Shown: positions 7,552 to 17,692, counted from the first letter of the stretch. The stretch: DNA of 64,000 nt from Oligoflexia bacterium (GCA_031292385.1 JARLHE010000040.1:34471-98470); one strand, 5' to 3'. Program-made: numbers and translations. Notes: generated from the letters alone by a model not told the origin.

Positions 7552-9697
7552 AACCTTGGAAGTCAAGTCATCGGGTGGATTTGGTCCGGCGCTGACGAAG
7601 CTACTGCGCTCAGAATTGGGTGCGCGTCCTGGTCGAGTCCAGCATGTCCTTGCCATCAGCGCCTACGCGGTTTTGGCGGTGATTCTATCGGAGACCTTTC
7701 AAATCCCGGAACCGGCCCTGTCCGTTTACTATGTTTTTTTGATCACCAAGGAGGAGACGGCGTCGACGTTTTTGAGCGGAAGCCTGGCGGTTTTGGGCGT
7801 GAGCGCGGCGGTTCTCTCGGCGCTCGCGATTTACATGGTTTCGATCGGCGAGCCTGGCCTGAGGATGCCGCTCATGGCCGTCGTGATCTTCACGATCATG
7901 TTCATCTCGCGCGCATCGCGGCTGGGCGCCGCCAGCACGATGATCGGCCTTTTGGCGATTCAATCGCTCACTTTGCTGGACGTCATTCCGCTCTCCGATC
8001 CGCTTCCTGCCGCGGAATTACTGACGCAGCGGCTGCTTTGGCTTTGGGTGGTTATCCTGATGCCGGTTGGGCTGGTGATCGTGGGTAATATCGTCGCCGG
8101 GCGGGATCCCATTGATCTGTTCACTCACTATCTGGTCGAAGAGTTGGAGCTTGCGGCTCGAGTGCTGGTATCTCATCGCAGGCCCGCCGATCGGGAGCGA
8201 CTTGTCGCTTATGTTCAGGCGGATACGGGCAGGCTTCTGAAGTACCTGAAGATGTCGGGGACGTTCAAGAAGCGAACACTCCAAGAACAGGCGGTCAATC
8301 AGGCGCTGGTCGCTCATATGGGGCGTCTGACGGTGCTGCTTTCGCTATGGACGGAGCTTGACGTCAGTGAATCTCGGCTCGTGGAGGTCGCGGCCGGTTG
8401 CGGAGCCAAGCTTTTGTCGCAGGCGCGATTCATTCGGGAAAAGACGGCGGTTTCCATAAGGGCCTCCACGAAGCCAGAGTCGCCGTCGCTTCATGCCTTT
8501 AGTGAGGGATCGGAGAGCGATTCCGCGACCGAATGCAAGGCCTTCTATCTGCTGCGAAAAATAATTGAGCTGATCGAAACCTTGCCGCAGGCCTTGGTTT
8601 CGCGCGCCTCGTCGGACTCGGTTGAGCTCCAGAGCCGCGAAACCGAAATACCGAATCGGAGATTTCTACGGCCGGATGCGTTTCGCAATCGGGTCTACGT
8701 TCATTTCGCGCTCAAATGCACTCTTTCCGTTTTTACGGCTTATATTACCTACAATTTGTTGGATTGGCGCGGAATTCAGACGTGCATGATTACGACGATG
8801 GTCGTAACTCTCGGCAGCTTCGGAGAAACCGCGCATAAGATGGTCTTGCGCATCATCGGGGCGTTGATTGGCGGCGCCTTGGGGTTCTTGGCCGTCCTCT
8901 TCGTGATTCCTTATATGACGACCATCAGCGAATTGAGCTTGATGGTCGCGGTTGTTGCTTTCTTCTCCGCCTGGGTCATCACCAGCAGCGAACTGCTCTC
9001 CTATGCCGGGTTGCAAATCGCCCTGGCGTTTTTTCTCAGCACTCTCGTCGGATACGAGCCCACGGTGAATCTCGCGATCGGGCGAGATCGAATCATGGGC
9101 GTTTTATTCGGTAATTTGATTGTTTCCATTGTCTTTTCGACGATCTGGCCGGAAAGCGCCGTGGCACAATCAAAAGTGTCCCTCGCGCAGGCGCTTCGGA
9201 AATTGGCGGAATTCTTCGCGCCGGAATCCGAGCATCTGAGCGAGGTGCAGGCCGATTCACTTCTTTTTGAGTTAGGAGCCGCGATCGGGAGCGCGCGGCG
9301 CTTGGCGGTTTTGGACGCCTTTGAGCCCAAGCATATCAAGCAGGGAGCGATCCGGATGGCGGATCCCCGCGAAGTGATCGACGCGGTCCGCGATCTATGT
9401 AGCACTGCGATGGTTTTGCGCGATCCTCTTTTCAGGCATCCCGAACTGCCGTTGCTTACGAAGACCTACGATCAAGCGTTGAGCTTTTGGCTGGCGTTGT
9501 TCGCCAGGGAGGTCGAAGCCGGTATCGATGCCGGCGCTCCACCCGACGCGACTCCGCTGGTCCAAATCCTGCGCTCAGCGGCTCTTTGGTCAACCGAGAA
9601 GGTCGAGCTCCTGGCTTTGGCCGAGTGGTACCGCGCGCTCGATGATCAAGTGCATGGTCTTGAAAGATTGACAAAGCAAAAGGGGGCAACGAAGTGA
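7535..9697 (+). CDS. FUSC-family efflux transporter (MdtO/AaeB-like)
   Basis: 720 aa with two clusters of TM helices separated by a cytoplasmic domain. Overlaps the upstream gene. Confidence 0.8.
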   Translation: MVPIAETLEVKSSGGFGPALTKLLRSELGARPGRVQHVLAISAYAVLAVILSETFQIPEPALSVYYVFLITKEETASTFLSGSLAVLGVSAAVLSALAIYMVSIGEPGLRMPLMAVVIFTIMFISRASRLGAASTMIGLLAIQSLTLLDVIPLSDPLPAAELLTQRLLWLWVVILMPVGLVIVGNIVAGRDPIDLFTHYLVEELELAARVLVSHRRPADRERLVAYVQADTGRLLKYLKMSGTFKKRTLQEQAVNQALVAHMGRLTVLLSLWTELDVSESRLVEVAAGCGAKLLSQARFIREKTAVSIRASTKPESPSLHAFSEGSESDSATECKAFYLLRKIIELIETLPQALVSRASSDSVELQSRETEIPNRRFLRPDAFRNRVYVHFALKCTLSVFTAYITYNLLDWRGIQTCMITTMVVTLGSFGETAHKMVLRIIGALIGGALGFLAVLFVIPYMTTISELSLMVAVVAFFSAWVITSSELLSYAGLQIALAFFLSTLVGYEPTVNLAIGRDRIMGVLFGNLIVSIVFSTIWPESAVAQSKVSLAQALRKLAEFFAPESEHLSEVQADSLLFELGAAIGSARRLAVLDAFEPKHIKQGAIRMADPREVIDAVRDLCSTAMVLRDPLFRHPELPLLTKTYDQALSFWLALFAREVEAGIDAGAPPDATPLVQILRSAALWSTEKVELLALAEWYRALDDQVHGLERLTKQKGATK

Positions 9698-11205
9698 AGC
9701 CCCGTTCGGTTTTGACGAATACGGTAAGTGTCGCGGCCTCTCTGGTTTTGATCGGATGCTCGTCTGTCGCGCACTTGGCGCCGGAATCGCCCAGCCGGCC
9801 CTGGCAGCAAGCCGGAGAATCGCCGCAAAAGCCGATGATCACGCCAAAGTTCGGGGTGCGGCCGGATCCCGAACTTCCCTATAATGAGGAGCGAGTATCA
9901 ATTGCGGCGGATCATGTTTACACGCTCCCCGAGTTGATTGATTTAGCGGAACGCGCGAATCCCGATACGCGCATCGCCTGGGAAGAAGCCCAGCAAGCGG
10001 CTTTTCAGGTTGGGATTGAGCGCGCCAGTTATCTTCCGCAAATCAGCGCGGAAGTGCTTGCCGGCAAGCATTATGAACCGCTGCCGCTGCCGCCGGGAAG
10101 TTATTTCATCGCCAAAGGGGATGATCTTGAGCCTGATTTCATGATCAAATGGCTGCTCTTCGATTTCGGAAAGCGTGAGGCTCAGATTGACGCCGCCAAG
10201 GAGCTCTCCGTCGCTTCGAACATCGCTTTCACGGGTGCGCATCAAAAATTGATCTTCGAGGTGAGTAAGGCTTACTTCTATCTCGACGCGGTACGGGCGC
10301 AGCTTCGCGTTGCCGAGGATGCGCTGAAGAACGCGAATACTTTGCTGGATGCCGCCGGCGCCCGGCGACGGCACGGCTTCGAAACGATCACCGAAGTCAC
10401 GATCGCGCGCCGGGGAACGGCAAAGGCGCAATACGATCTTGAACGAGCCCGCTTGCTTGATAACGACGGCTATCATGCGCTTTTGGAGGCAATGGGTCTT
10501 ACGCCTACTTTGAGGCTGGGAATCGAGTCGAGCTCCGGTCGTCCCTTGCCGAAAGAGCTGACCGAAGAGGTGAGTGCTTACATTGATCGGGCCACCGTTC
10601 AGCGGCCGGATGTGGTCGCGGCCTTGGCTAAGGTTCGGGCGAGCGAATCCGAAATCGCCAAAGCCCAAGCGGAATTTTACCCGACGCTGGAGCTTAAAGG
10701 CCGGGCAGGCAGGAATTTCGCGCCCGTGAGCATCGACTTGGCGTCGGTTTATCAAGCGCCGTCCGGGCCGAGCTATAAGATCGACGATTGGGTCACTTCG
10801 ATTTCTCTCAATCTGAGCTTTTCCATCTATGACGGCGGGATACGCCAGCATAACGTGAGTATCGCCAACTCCAAGAGTGCGGCGGCCAAAGAGGAGCTGA
10901 TCAGAACCCAAGATCAGGCGGTTCGTCAGGTGGCAAGAGCTTACGACACGATGAGGAGCACGCTTGCCGAATACAATGCAGCTTTAGCGCTCGTCGACGC
11001 GGCGAATACGGCTTACGCCTCCGCTCTGGAATCTTATCGCAACGGAGTGGGCACATTCATCGATGCCGTTACAGCCGAAACGGAGAAAGCCCATGCCGAA
11101 TCAGCGCGAGCACAGGCTTATGCCGCGGCCTTGACCGCAGCCGCGACTCTCGCTTTCTCGACCGGCACGCTCACCTCGGTTGAGGCGCTGAATTCATCGC
11201 CTTAA
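9694..11205 (+). CDS. outer membrane efflux lipoprotein, NodT/OprM/MdtP family
   Basis: GTG start overlaps the stop of the FUSC gene. Lipobox LIGC, then the repeated OEP helical pattern of TolC-like proteins. Confidence 0.8.
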   Translation: MKPRSVLTNTVSVAASLVLIGCSSVAHLAPESPSRPWQQAGESPQKPMITPKFGVRPDPELPYNEERVSIAADHVYTLPELIDLAERANPDTRIAWEEAQQAAFQVGIERASYLPQISAEVLAGKHYEPLPLPPGSYFIAKGDDLEPDFMIKWLLFDFGKREAQIDAAKELSVASNIAFTGAHQKLIFEVSKAYFYLDAVRAQLRVAEDALKNANTLLDAAGARRRHGFETITEVTIARRGTAKAQYDLERARLLDNDGYHALLEAMGLTPTLRLGIESSSGRPLPKELTEEVSAYIDRATVQRPDVVAALAKVRASESEIAKAQAEFYPTLELKGRAGRNFAPVSIDLASVYQAPSGPSYKIDDWVTSISLNLSFSIYDGGIRQHNVSIANSKSAAAKEELIRTQDQAVRQVARAYDTMRSTLAEYNAALALVDAANTAYASALESYRNGVGTFIDAVTAETEKAHAESARAQAYAAALTAAATLAFSTGTLTSVEALNSSP

Positions 11206-11214
11206 ACGAAGATT

Positions 11215-11640
11215 TCAAGGCGCCGGAGGGGCTCCTGCCGTAACCGGCGTCCAGGCAATCGGGCAAGACATGGTTTCCGGATAGTAAGTTCCGGTCGCCT
11301 TGCAAAAGTACATGGTAGGAGTAACGGGGGCCGGCGCCGGAGCTACCACCACCGGCGGAGCCGCGGCCGGTGCCTGCTGTATGATGACTTGAGGCGCTGG
11401 CGCAACGGGCTGCGGTTGCACGATGATGGTTGAGGGCTGAGAGACCGGATGCGCGAAATAATACCAAGTGCCGCCGATCACCCACCACCAGCCCAGCTGT
11501 CCGTTGTGGCGATCGTGAATCCAGTGTCCCTCATTCCAATGGGAGCGATGCCATTGCCGATCGCGCTCGCCTGCTTGAACGAAAACCGGTAAGGATAAAA
11601 GCGAAAAAACCACCAAAAATAGCGAAGAGTTTCTTTTCAT
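11215..11640 (-). CDS. secreted His/Trp/Pro-rich hypothetical protein
   Basis: MKRNSSLFLVVFSLLSLPVFVQA is a signal peptide; the mature part contains HRSHWNEGHWIHDRH, WWW, a Pro/Ala/Val-rich linker and C-terminal YFCKATGTYYPETMSCPIAW. ATG at 11640; the upstream ORF extension is unsupported. Confidence 0.45.
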   Translation of the reverse strand: MKRNSSLFLVVFSLLSLPVFVQAGERDRQWHRSHWNEGHWIHDRHNGQLGWWWVIGGTWYYFAHPVSQPSTIIVQPQPVAPAPQVIIQQAPAAAPPVVVAPAPAPVTPTMYFCKATGTYYPETMSCPIAWTPVTAGAPPAP

Positions 11641-11869
11641 CAGGTGCACCTTGTTTTTTTGATTGGATCGAACTCTGAGCGAAGCGTCAAGGAATTCAAA
11701 TCGGCCGGCCTGACTTCTCGAACGGATTTGAGCAAAAAAGGCCCAAGGAGGCGTTTCGCGCGATGGACGCTTTGTGGATAAAGCATGTCCGTCCGGTGAG
11801 TTATCCCCAAGAACGGAGAACTTATCCCCAATGCGTTGCATTATCGTGAAAATGACGGGGTAATTTGTC

Positions 11870-12658
11870 TCATCCTTCGTAAGGAAGGAGCCCTCGAATT
11901 GTTTGCGCGCCATCAATCGGGAAGGTTTGCCCGGTGGTGTAAGACGCCGCATCCGAGCAAAGGTAGAGAACCGCTCCGACCATCTCTTCAGGCTCCGCTC
12001 CTCGGTGCAATGGCGCCGCCGCTTTGATTTTTGCGTTGAATTGCTTGTCCTCATCCCAGGCCTTGGTCATGGGGGTGCGGACCCATCCGGGCGCTAACGC
12101 GTTGACGCGAATTCCATGATTTGCATTTTCGATCGCGGCTGTTTTCGTGAGCCCGATGACTCCGTGTTTCGCGGCCACATAGGCCGCCATCCCGCCTTCC
12201 GGAAGTAGCCCAGCGACCGAGGCCGTATTCACAATCGCCCCTTTTCCTTTTTTGACCATATATTGAAGCTCATACTTCAGGCAGAGGAAGGTTCCCTTTA
12301 GGTCAATATGAAGGACACGATCAAATGCCGCTTCATCGAAGTCGGCAATAGGCTGGGGGGCGTGAAGAATGCCGGCGTTGTTAAATGCGCAATCGAGGCC
12401 TCCATAGACACGAACGGTTTCTTCAATCAAGGCTTTGACAGATTGAGAGTTGCCGACGTCGGTCTTCACAAAGTGCGCCTGGCCGTTCTCTTTTTTGATC
12501 ATTTCGACTGTTTCTTTGGATCCGGCTTCGTTCATATCGCCGATCACGACTTGAGCGCCCTGGCGCGCAAAACCCAGGGATACCGCTCGACCGATTCCAG
12601 AGCTTCCGCCGGTAACCAGAACGGTTTTGTTTGAGAAATCCAATAGATTTTCAGCCAT
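11870..12658 (-). CDS. SDR-family oxidoreductase
   Basis: TGGSSGIGRA cofactor-binding motif, NNAG, and the YxxxK active site (YVAAKHG). Confidence 0.85.
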   Translation of the reverse strand: MAENLLDFSNKTVLVTGGSSGIGRAVSLGFARQGAQVVIGDMNEAGSKETVEMIKKENGQAHFVKTDVGNSQSVKALIEETVRVYGGLDCAFNNAGILHAPQPIADFDEAAFDRVLHIDLKGTFLCLKYELQYMVKKGKGAIVNTASVAGLLPEGGMAAYVAAKHGVIGLTKTAAIENANHGIRVNALAPGWVRTPMTKAWDEDKQFNAKIKAAAPLHRGAEPEEMVGAVLYLCSDAASYTTGQTFPIDGAQTIRGLLPYEG

Positions 12659-12674
12659 GCGATTAATCCTTTAT

Positions 12675-14210
12675 TTAAATGTAAATTCCCGATTTACCGG
12701 GCGCGATAATGCCATTCGGATCCAGGGATCGCTTCAAGCGCTTATTTAAATTCCGTAATTCCTTGCTGTAGGTTTTCGCGGCCAGGTCCATGAACGCGAT
12801 ATTCGTGCGATAGCAGCCGTATCCAAGCTTCGCGTTCGCCTCGAGGGCTTCCTTGAAACAGGCATGAGCTCTTTGGGTCTCTTCAGGATTGGTTCTATCA
12901 AAGAGAAGATCAGCGACTTGCTCCAAGTGTCGCACTCCGAGCAAAAAGCCGATCGGGCAGTTAAAGCCATGCTTATTGAAAATTTCCTTCGTGGCGTTAT
13001 AGCATCGGACGACATCATAGGCCCGGGCGGGAAGGGCCGGCGCAAACCACGCGGAGCCGCCTCCTCCGATGAAGTTGTAGTTTCCAAACTCATGAAGCTC
13101 AGGGCGTCCGGTCATCATCCTTTGCCAGTGGCGCGCATCGGGGCTCGCGTTGAACGCTTCCCCGGTGAAGACGAATCCGCCCGTGGACTCGAAAGCCTCT
13201 CTACAAATTTTCAAATTGACGGCGACCTGTTCCTTGGTTCCATACAAGGTCGAGAAAAGGGCAAACTGCGGTATGCCGTGATCTTTATAATATTTAGCTA
13301 AAACGGCATCGGGAATCGCCCCTGGGCCATCGTAAATATCCGATCGCTTTTTCGTTGAAATAACGCCATAAAGCGCGGAACCAACGACCCCATTTTCCAT
13401 CACGGCGGAGAGTCGCATGCGACTGGCCATCTCAACTCCTTTGGCCATGGACTCGACATCATTCCAGCCCACGCCGAAGGATTCGTAGTGCGGAGGTTTT
13501 TTCATCAGCCAGAGGCCCATCTTCGTCACAACGCCTAAGTTCGACTGACTGAAAAGCCCGTCAACCCAGGGGCCGTAACCCCAACGATAAGATTGCCAGG
13601 TCTCTCCTTTGCCGATGCTTCCCATGCCGGTACGCACGACCTCGCCGTTTGCCAGGACAACTTCCAAGCCGCAGAAGTTAGAGAAATGTTCGCCGGCGCG
13701 ATTGTAGCCCACGCCCCGATCGAGAGTATTTCCCACCGGCCCAGCCAGCCCCCCGGACGAAGGAAAGCTCGCCCAGACATCCAGATTTCTTTCGTTGATA
13801 TAATCAACGAGTTCCTTATAGGTGACGCCGGGCTCCACAAGGGCGGTGCAAAGCACCGGGTCAATCTCAATGATCTTGTTCATGCCTCTCATGTCCAAAA
13901 CCATCTGTCCCGGTGTCGCCGGCGCCGCGGTGCCATATCCAAAATTCCGGCCGGTCGAAATCGGCCAAACGGGAATTCGATACTTGTTACAAATGCCAAG
14001 AACCTCTTGTACGTCCTTAACCGAACGAGCCAGTAAGGCCCCCGACGGCTGATGCTGGGAGTTTTCCGCCGGAATCATGATCTTCGAATACGGAGCGATT
14101 TTCTCCGGAGCCACAAGGACGTTTTCGTTTCCGAGCGCTTCTTTATATTCGCCGATGGCCTTATCAAAAGCTTCTTTGGAAACACCCTTGGGTAAAACGG
14201 AATTGGTCAT
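12675..14210 (-). CDS. FAD-linked oxidase, VAO/PCMH family (p-cresol methylhydroxylase flavoprotein-like)
   Basis: FAD_binding_4 N-terminal domain (PVWPISTGRNFGYG...SGGLAGP); about 510 aa from the MTNSVLPKG start. The upstream ORF extension was rejected. Confidence 0.8.
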   Translation of the reverse strand: MTNSVLPKGVSKEAFDKAIGEYKEALGNENVLVAPEKIAPYSKIMIPAENSQHQPSGALLARSVKDVQEVLGICNKYRIPVWPISTGRNFGYGTAAPATPGQMVLDMRGMNKIIEIDPVLCTALVEPGVTYKELVDYINERNLDVWASFPSSGGLAGPVGNTLDRGVGYNRAGEHFSNFCGLEVVLANGEVVRTGMGSIGKGETWQSYRWGYGPWVDGLFSQSNLGVVTKMGLWLMKKPPHYESFGVGWNDVESMAKGVEMASRMRLSAVMENGVVGSALYGVISTKKRSDIYDGPGAIPDAVLAKYYKDHGIPQFALFSTLYGTKEQVAVNLKICREAFESTGGFVFTGEAFNASPDARHWQRMMTGRPELHEFGNYNFIGGGGSAWFAPALPARAYDVVRCYNATKEIFNKHGFNCPIGFLLGVRHLEQVADLLFDRTNPEETQRAHACFKEALEANAKLGYGCYRTNIAFMDLAAKTYSKELRNLNKRLKRSLDPNGIIAPGKSGIYI

Positions 14211-14221
14211 AAAGTTCTCTC

Positions 14222-14929
14222 TTAAATTCTCGCGACAAACGAGACAAAACTGAAATGAGTTGTCGTCGACGTGGAATGAGCGTCTGGTCCTAGCAATGTG
14301 GAAGTCCTGACGGTACGTGGCCGCCAATTTCCAGAGCCGATCTGGCTCAGTTGATATCCGAGGCCCTGCTCCCATGACGTGAAGGACGGCAAGGCGCGCA
14401 TATTCTCTCCGGAGGTTGGCAAGACTTCATGAAATGAGGATTCACGAATCAAAGAGCTCTCGGCGCGCTGAGAAATCACTTGCGCGAATGCCGATCCAAT
14501 TCCCTGGCTGGCGGCGGTCGATTGAAAATAATGGCGGGTAAAATCCTTTCCACCCACATGTGAGCCCGAACAAAGTAAATCGGCTTTGCGTAAGCGCAGT
14601 CCTTCGTTGAAGTCAGTGAAAGCGCCATCATTCATGATGCCAATAATTACGGAACCCGGATGCTTGCCGACATGTGACTCGAGCTGATCCAGTCTATTGA
14701 ATCTCAATTCTCGTATTTTTGTCGCGGCGCTGGCGGCCAGTCGAATGCCGTTATCAAATTCAGCGTGAGCTTCTCCCAATCGTAAAATTTGTAGCGAAGA
14801 AATTGATCGAGGCAAAAGCATGGCCTCCGCCTGGTTTAAAAGGCCACTCAACGGATTCAGCGCGATGGTTGCGCCGAGCGCTGTGGATCGTGAAAGAAAT
14901 TCCCTGCGGGAAAGATGAAACGAGGTCAT
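14222..14929 (-). CDS. Tat-signal protein, PchX-like accessory subunit of flavocytochrome
   Basis: MTSFHLSRREFLSRSTALGATIA is a twin-arginine signal. It sits between the cytochrome c and flavoprotein genes, and its start overlaps the cytochrome c stop (ATGA). Confidence 0.5.
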   Translation of the reverse strand: MTSFHLSRREFLSRSTALGATIALNPLSGLLNQAEAMLLPRSISSLQILRLGEAHAEFDNGIRLAASAATKIRELRFNRLDQLESHVGKHPGSVIIGIMNDGAFTDFNEGLRLRKADLLCSGSHVGGKDFTRHYFQSTAASQGIGSAFAQVISQRAESSLIRESSFHEVLPTSGENMRALPSFTSWEQGLGYQLSQIGSGNWRPRTVRTSTLLGPDAHSTSTTTHFSFVSFVARI

Positions 14930-15324
14930 CACTTTCCTCCTGGTTGTGCTTTCTCAACCCAATCGGCTAAGCCATCGAGCTCCTGATCGCTGATTTCAGA
15001 AGGAAAAAATGGCGGCATGGTTTGAATGCCTCTGCGAGCAAACGCTTTTAGGGCTGCGGCCGGATAGTGCCTTCCCAGAATCGCGGGCCCCACACTTGGA
15101 TCGCCCGCATTGGGCTCGTGGCACTGGGAGCATAGGACTTGATAGATCTGCGCCGAATTCTTCCATTGACCGGCTCCATAACTTTTCCAATTTACTCTTT
15201 CGGAACCCTTTGTTGCACCGAGCTCCGGAGTAAAAGGAAAAATCGACATCTCGTTCTTGGATGAATCACCGCTGCTCGGTAGTGCGGCTAGAAAAAGTCC
15301 GATCGATAATAAATATATTCTCAC
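14929..15324 (-). CDS. class I c-type cytochrome (PchC-like)
   Basis: One CSQCH heme motif plus a signal peptide. A GTG at 15324 lies 7 nt after GGGAGG and is preferred over the track ATG at 15363. Confidence 0.65.
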   Translation of the reverse strand: MRIYLLSIGLFLAALPSSGDSSKNEMSIFPFTPELGATKGSERVNWKSYGAGQWKNSAQIYQVLCSQCHEPNAGDPSVGPAILGRHYPAAALKAFARRGIQTMPPFFPSEISDQELDGLADWVEKAQPGGK

Positions 15325-15471
15325 AGGTGCCCTCCCTGAAGCCCATTGTGGAGACGCCGTCATAGGTCGGGAAAGCTACTTGGGGCAACGTGATATGCGG
15401 AATATATTTTAGTGCTCATGTTGCTTTGCGTGAAATTGCGCGGGTCTGCTCCTTGCAGTCCGTTCGAGTTT

Positions 15472-16479
15472 ATGAAGGGAATCGTTCTTCGCTTGGCCGG
15501 AGGGGGGCTTGATCAACTAACGCTCGTCGATATGCCAGATCCTGGTACTCCGGCAAGAGGCGAGATTCGGGTGCGTATTCATGCAAGCTCCTTGAACTTT
15601 CATGACTACCTAGTCGTCAACGGTAAGCACACTCGCGAAGGCCACATTCCGATGTCGGATGGCGCGGGCGTTGTGGAAGCGGTCGGGGACGGCGTGACTG
15701 AATTTAAAGCGGGCGATCATGTGGTTTCTTGCTTTTTTCCCGCCTGGGAGGATGGGCCACCAAGAACTGGGGATTTTTCAACGGTTCCAGGTGACGGCGT
15801 TGCCGGCTATGCTCGCGAGGCGGTGGTTCGCCCCGCGAGCTGCTTCACACATGCTCCTCGCGGCTATGGTCATACCGAAGCGGCCACTTTGACCACGGCA
15901 GGTTTGACCGCGTGGCGCGCGCTTGTCGTGGATGGAGGCTTAAAACCCGGTGATGATGTTCTTGTTCTCGGCACGGGCGGCGTTTCCATCTTTGCGCTTC
16001 AAATCGCCAAACGCATGGGTGCCACGGTCATCGCCACGTCATCTTCCGAGAAAAAAATAGATCGTCTCAAAGCCTTGGGTGTGGATCATACTATCAACTA
16101 CCGAAAAGAAGAGAACTGGGGCGCCCGAGTGCGTGAGCTCACCTCGGGGAAGGGCGCGGATCACGTCATTGAAGTCGGCGGCGCGGGCACTCTGGGTCAG
16201 TCTATTTCGGCGGTTCGTGTGGGGGGACATATTGCTCTGATCGGTGTCCTTGCGGGAAATGTTGGTGAGATTCCCACCGGAGCGCTTCTTTCAAAACAAG
16301 CCAATCTAAAAAGCTTGCTTGTCGGCAGTCGTCAGCATCAAAAGGAATTCGTTCGGGCGCTCGAAGTCACCGGACTGCGTCCGGTGATCGACAAGGAATT
16401 CGCGTTGGCTGATATCGCCGACGCATTCAAGTACGAAAAGAGCGGCGCTCATTTCGGCAAGATCTGTCTTAAGTTCTAA
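15472..16479 (+). CDS. Zn-dependent/quinone oxidoreductase, MDR superfamily (NADPH:quinone reductase-like)
   Basis: MKGIVL start, then GDHVV, VLVLGTGGVSIFALQIAKRMG (Rossmann GxGxxG), and a C-terminal -FGKIxL motif. Confidence 0.8.
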   Translation: MKGIVLRLAGGGLDQLTLVDMPDPGTPARGEIRVRIHASSLNFHDYLVVNGKHTREGHIPMSDGAGVVEAVGDGVTEFKAGDHVVSCFFPAWEDGPPRTGDFSTVPGDGVAGYAREAVVRPASCFTHAPRGYGHTEAATLTTAGLTAWRALVVDGGLKPGDDVLVLGTGGVSIFALQIAKRMGATVIATSSSEKKIDRLKALGVDHTINYRKEENWGARVRELTSGKGADHVIEVGGAGTLGQSISAVRVGGHIALIGVLAGNVGEIPTGALLSKQANLKSLLVGSRQHQKEFVRALEVTGLRPVIDKEFALADIADAFKYEKSGAHFGKICLKF

Positions 16480-16942
16480 AGACACCAGCAGGCCGTCTGC
16501 TCGCAAAAAAGGCCCATTGTGCTCATCAGGCCCGTGCTTAGGGCTGGCAGGGTTCGGGGGAAATCGCCTGCCTGAGCGCTGAAGCAAAGAAGAATTCATC
16601 GCATTTTCTTGCGATTCATTACCTTTATACCTGGCACACTCCGTTTGGAACCTTTGGTTACAACAACGCGGCTCTTCGGATTAAACTCAAGAGGGGTGTA
16701 AGGTTCGCCTATCTGCGCGGAGCTATCCGTAACTGTCCGATCAACGTCAAGGATGACGAAAATACAGCTATTTCAACCCGAACGCGGAGCCCTCGGCATC
16801 GGGGCCGTAGGGTGAAAGCATGTACGGGCTTGCCATTACACGGGCCCCGATCCGATTGCTGGGGTTTGTCTGTGTGCCGAGGGGCGCAGTTCAAGCCATT
16901 TGAATACTGAACACAGTCGAGGTTTTGTGATAGAGTTGATCC

Positions 16943-17692
16943 ATGTCTATAGAGTCTGAACAAGATCTGATCGCACTGAAAAGAATCGGCCGCATCGTCG
17001 CGAACTGCCTTCAGACGATGGGTAAAGCTCTTGAGCCGGGTATGACGACTCGAGAGCTCGACGATATCGGTAGAAAATATTTGGAGTTTCACGGAGCAAG
17101 GTCGGCTCCGAAGCTCACTTATAATTTTCCTGGAACGACTTGTATCAGCGTCAACGAGGAGGCTGCCCACGGAATACCAGGTGATAGAGTCCTGGCGGCG
17201 TCCGACCTTGTTAACATCGACGTGTCGGCGGAGCTGGCTGGATACTTCGCTGACACAGGCGGCTCTTTTATCATTCCACCTGAGTCACGTGTTAAGCGGA
17301 ATCTTTGTATCGCAACAAAGCGCGCGCTGGAGCTGGCGATTAACGAGGCCCGAGCGGGTCAGCGGCTCAACGGAATAGGACGAGCGATCGAAACACACGC
17401 TCTTCGAAATCATTTGACCGTGATTGAAAATATTGGCAGCCACGGAGTCGGAAAAGCTCTTCACGAAGAGCCTGGTTTTATTCCAGGATATTATGACCCA
17501 AAAGACAGGCGAGTGCTAAAAGAGAATCAAGTCATCACGATCGAGCCTTTTCTTTCGACCGGTGCACGAGAAGTTTTTGATACGGGCGACGGCTGGACGC
17601 TTGCTACGAACAAGAGATATTTAACGGCCCAGTATGAGCATACGATGGTGATTACAAAAGGCCGACCGATAATAATGACTCTGCCAGCGTAG
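16943..17692 (+). CDS. map: methionine aminopeptidase type I
   Basis: MetAP-I metal ligands (D..D, H, E, E) and the conserved GIPGD, NIDVS, HGVG and ITIEPF blocks. Confidence 0.9.
   Translation: MSIESEQDLIALKRIGRIVANCLQTMGKALEPGMTTRELDDIGRKYLEFHGARSAPKLTYNFPGTTCISVNEEAAHGIPGDRVLAASDLVNIDVSAELAGYFADTGGSFIIPPESRVKRNLCIATKRALELAINEARAGQRLNGIGRAIETHALRNHLTVIENIGSHGVGKALHEEPGFIPGYYDPKDRRVLKENQVITIEPFLSTGAREVFDTGDGWTLATNKRYLTAQYEHTMVITKGRPIIMTLPA

Noticed and set aside
16600-16660. TGGCAC-N5-GTTTGG upstream of map as a second sigma54 site
   Set aside because: The -12 element lacks the essential GC dinucleotide.
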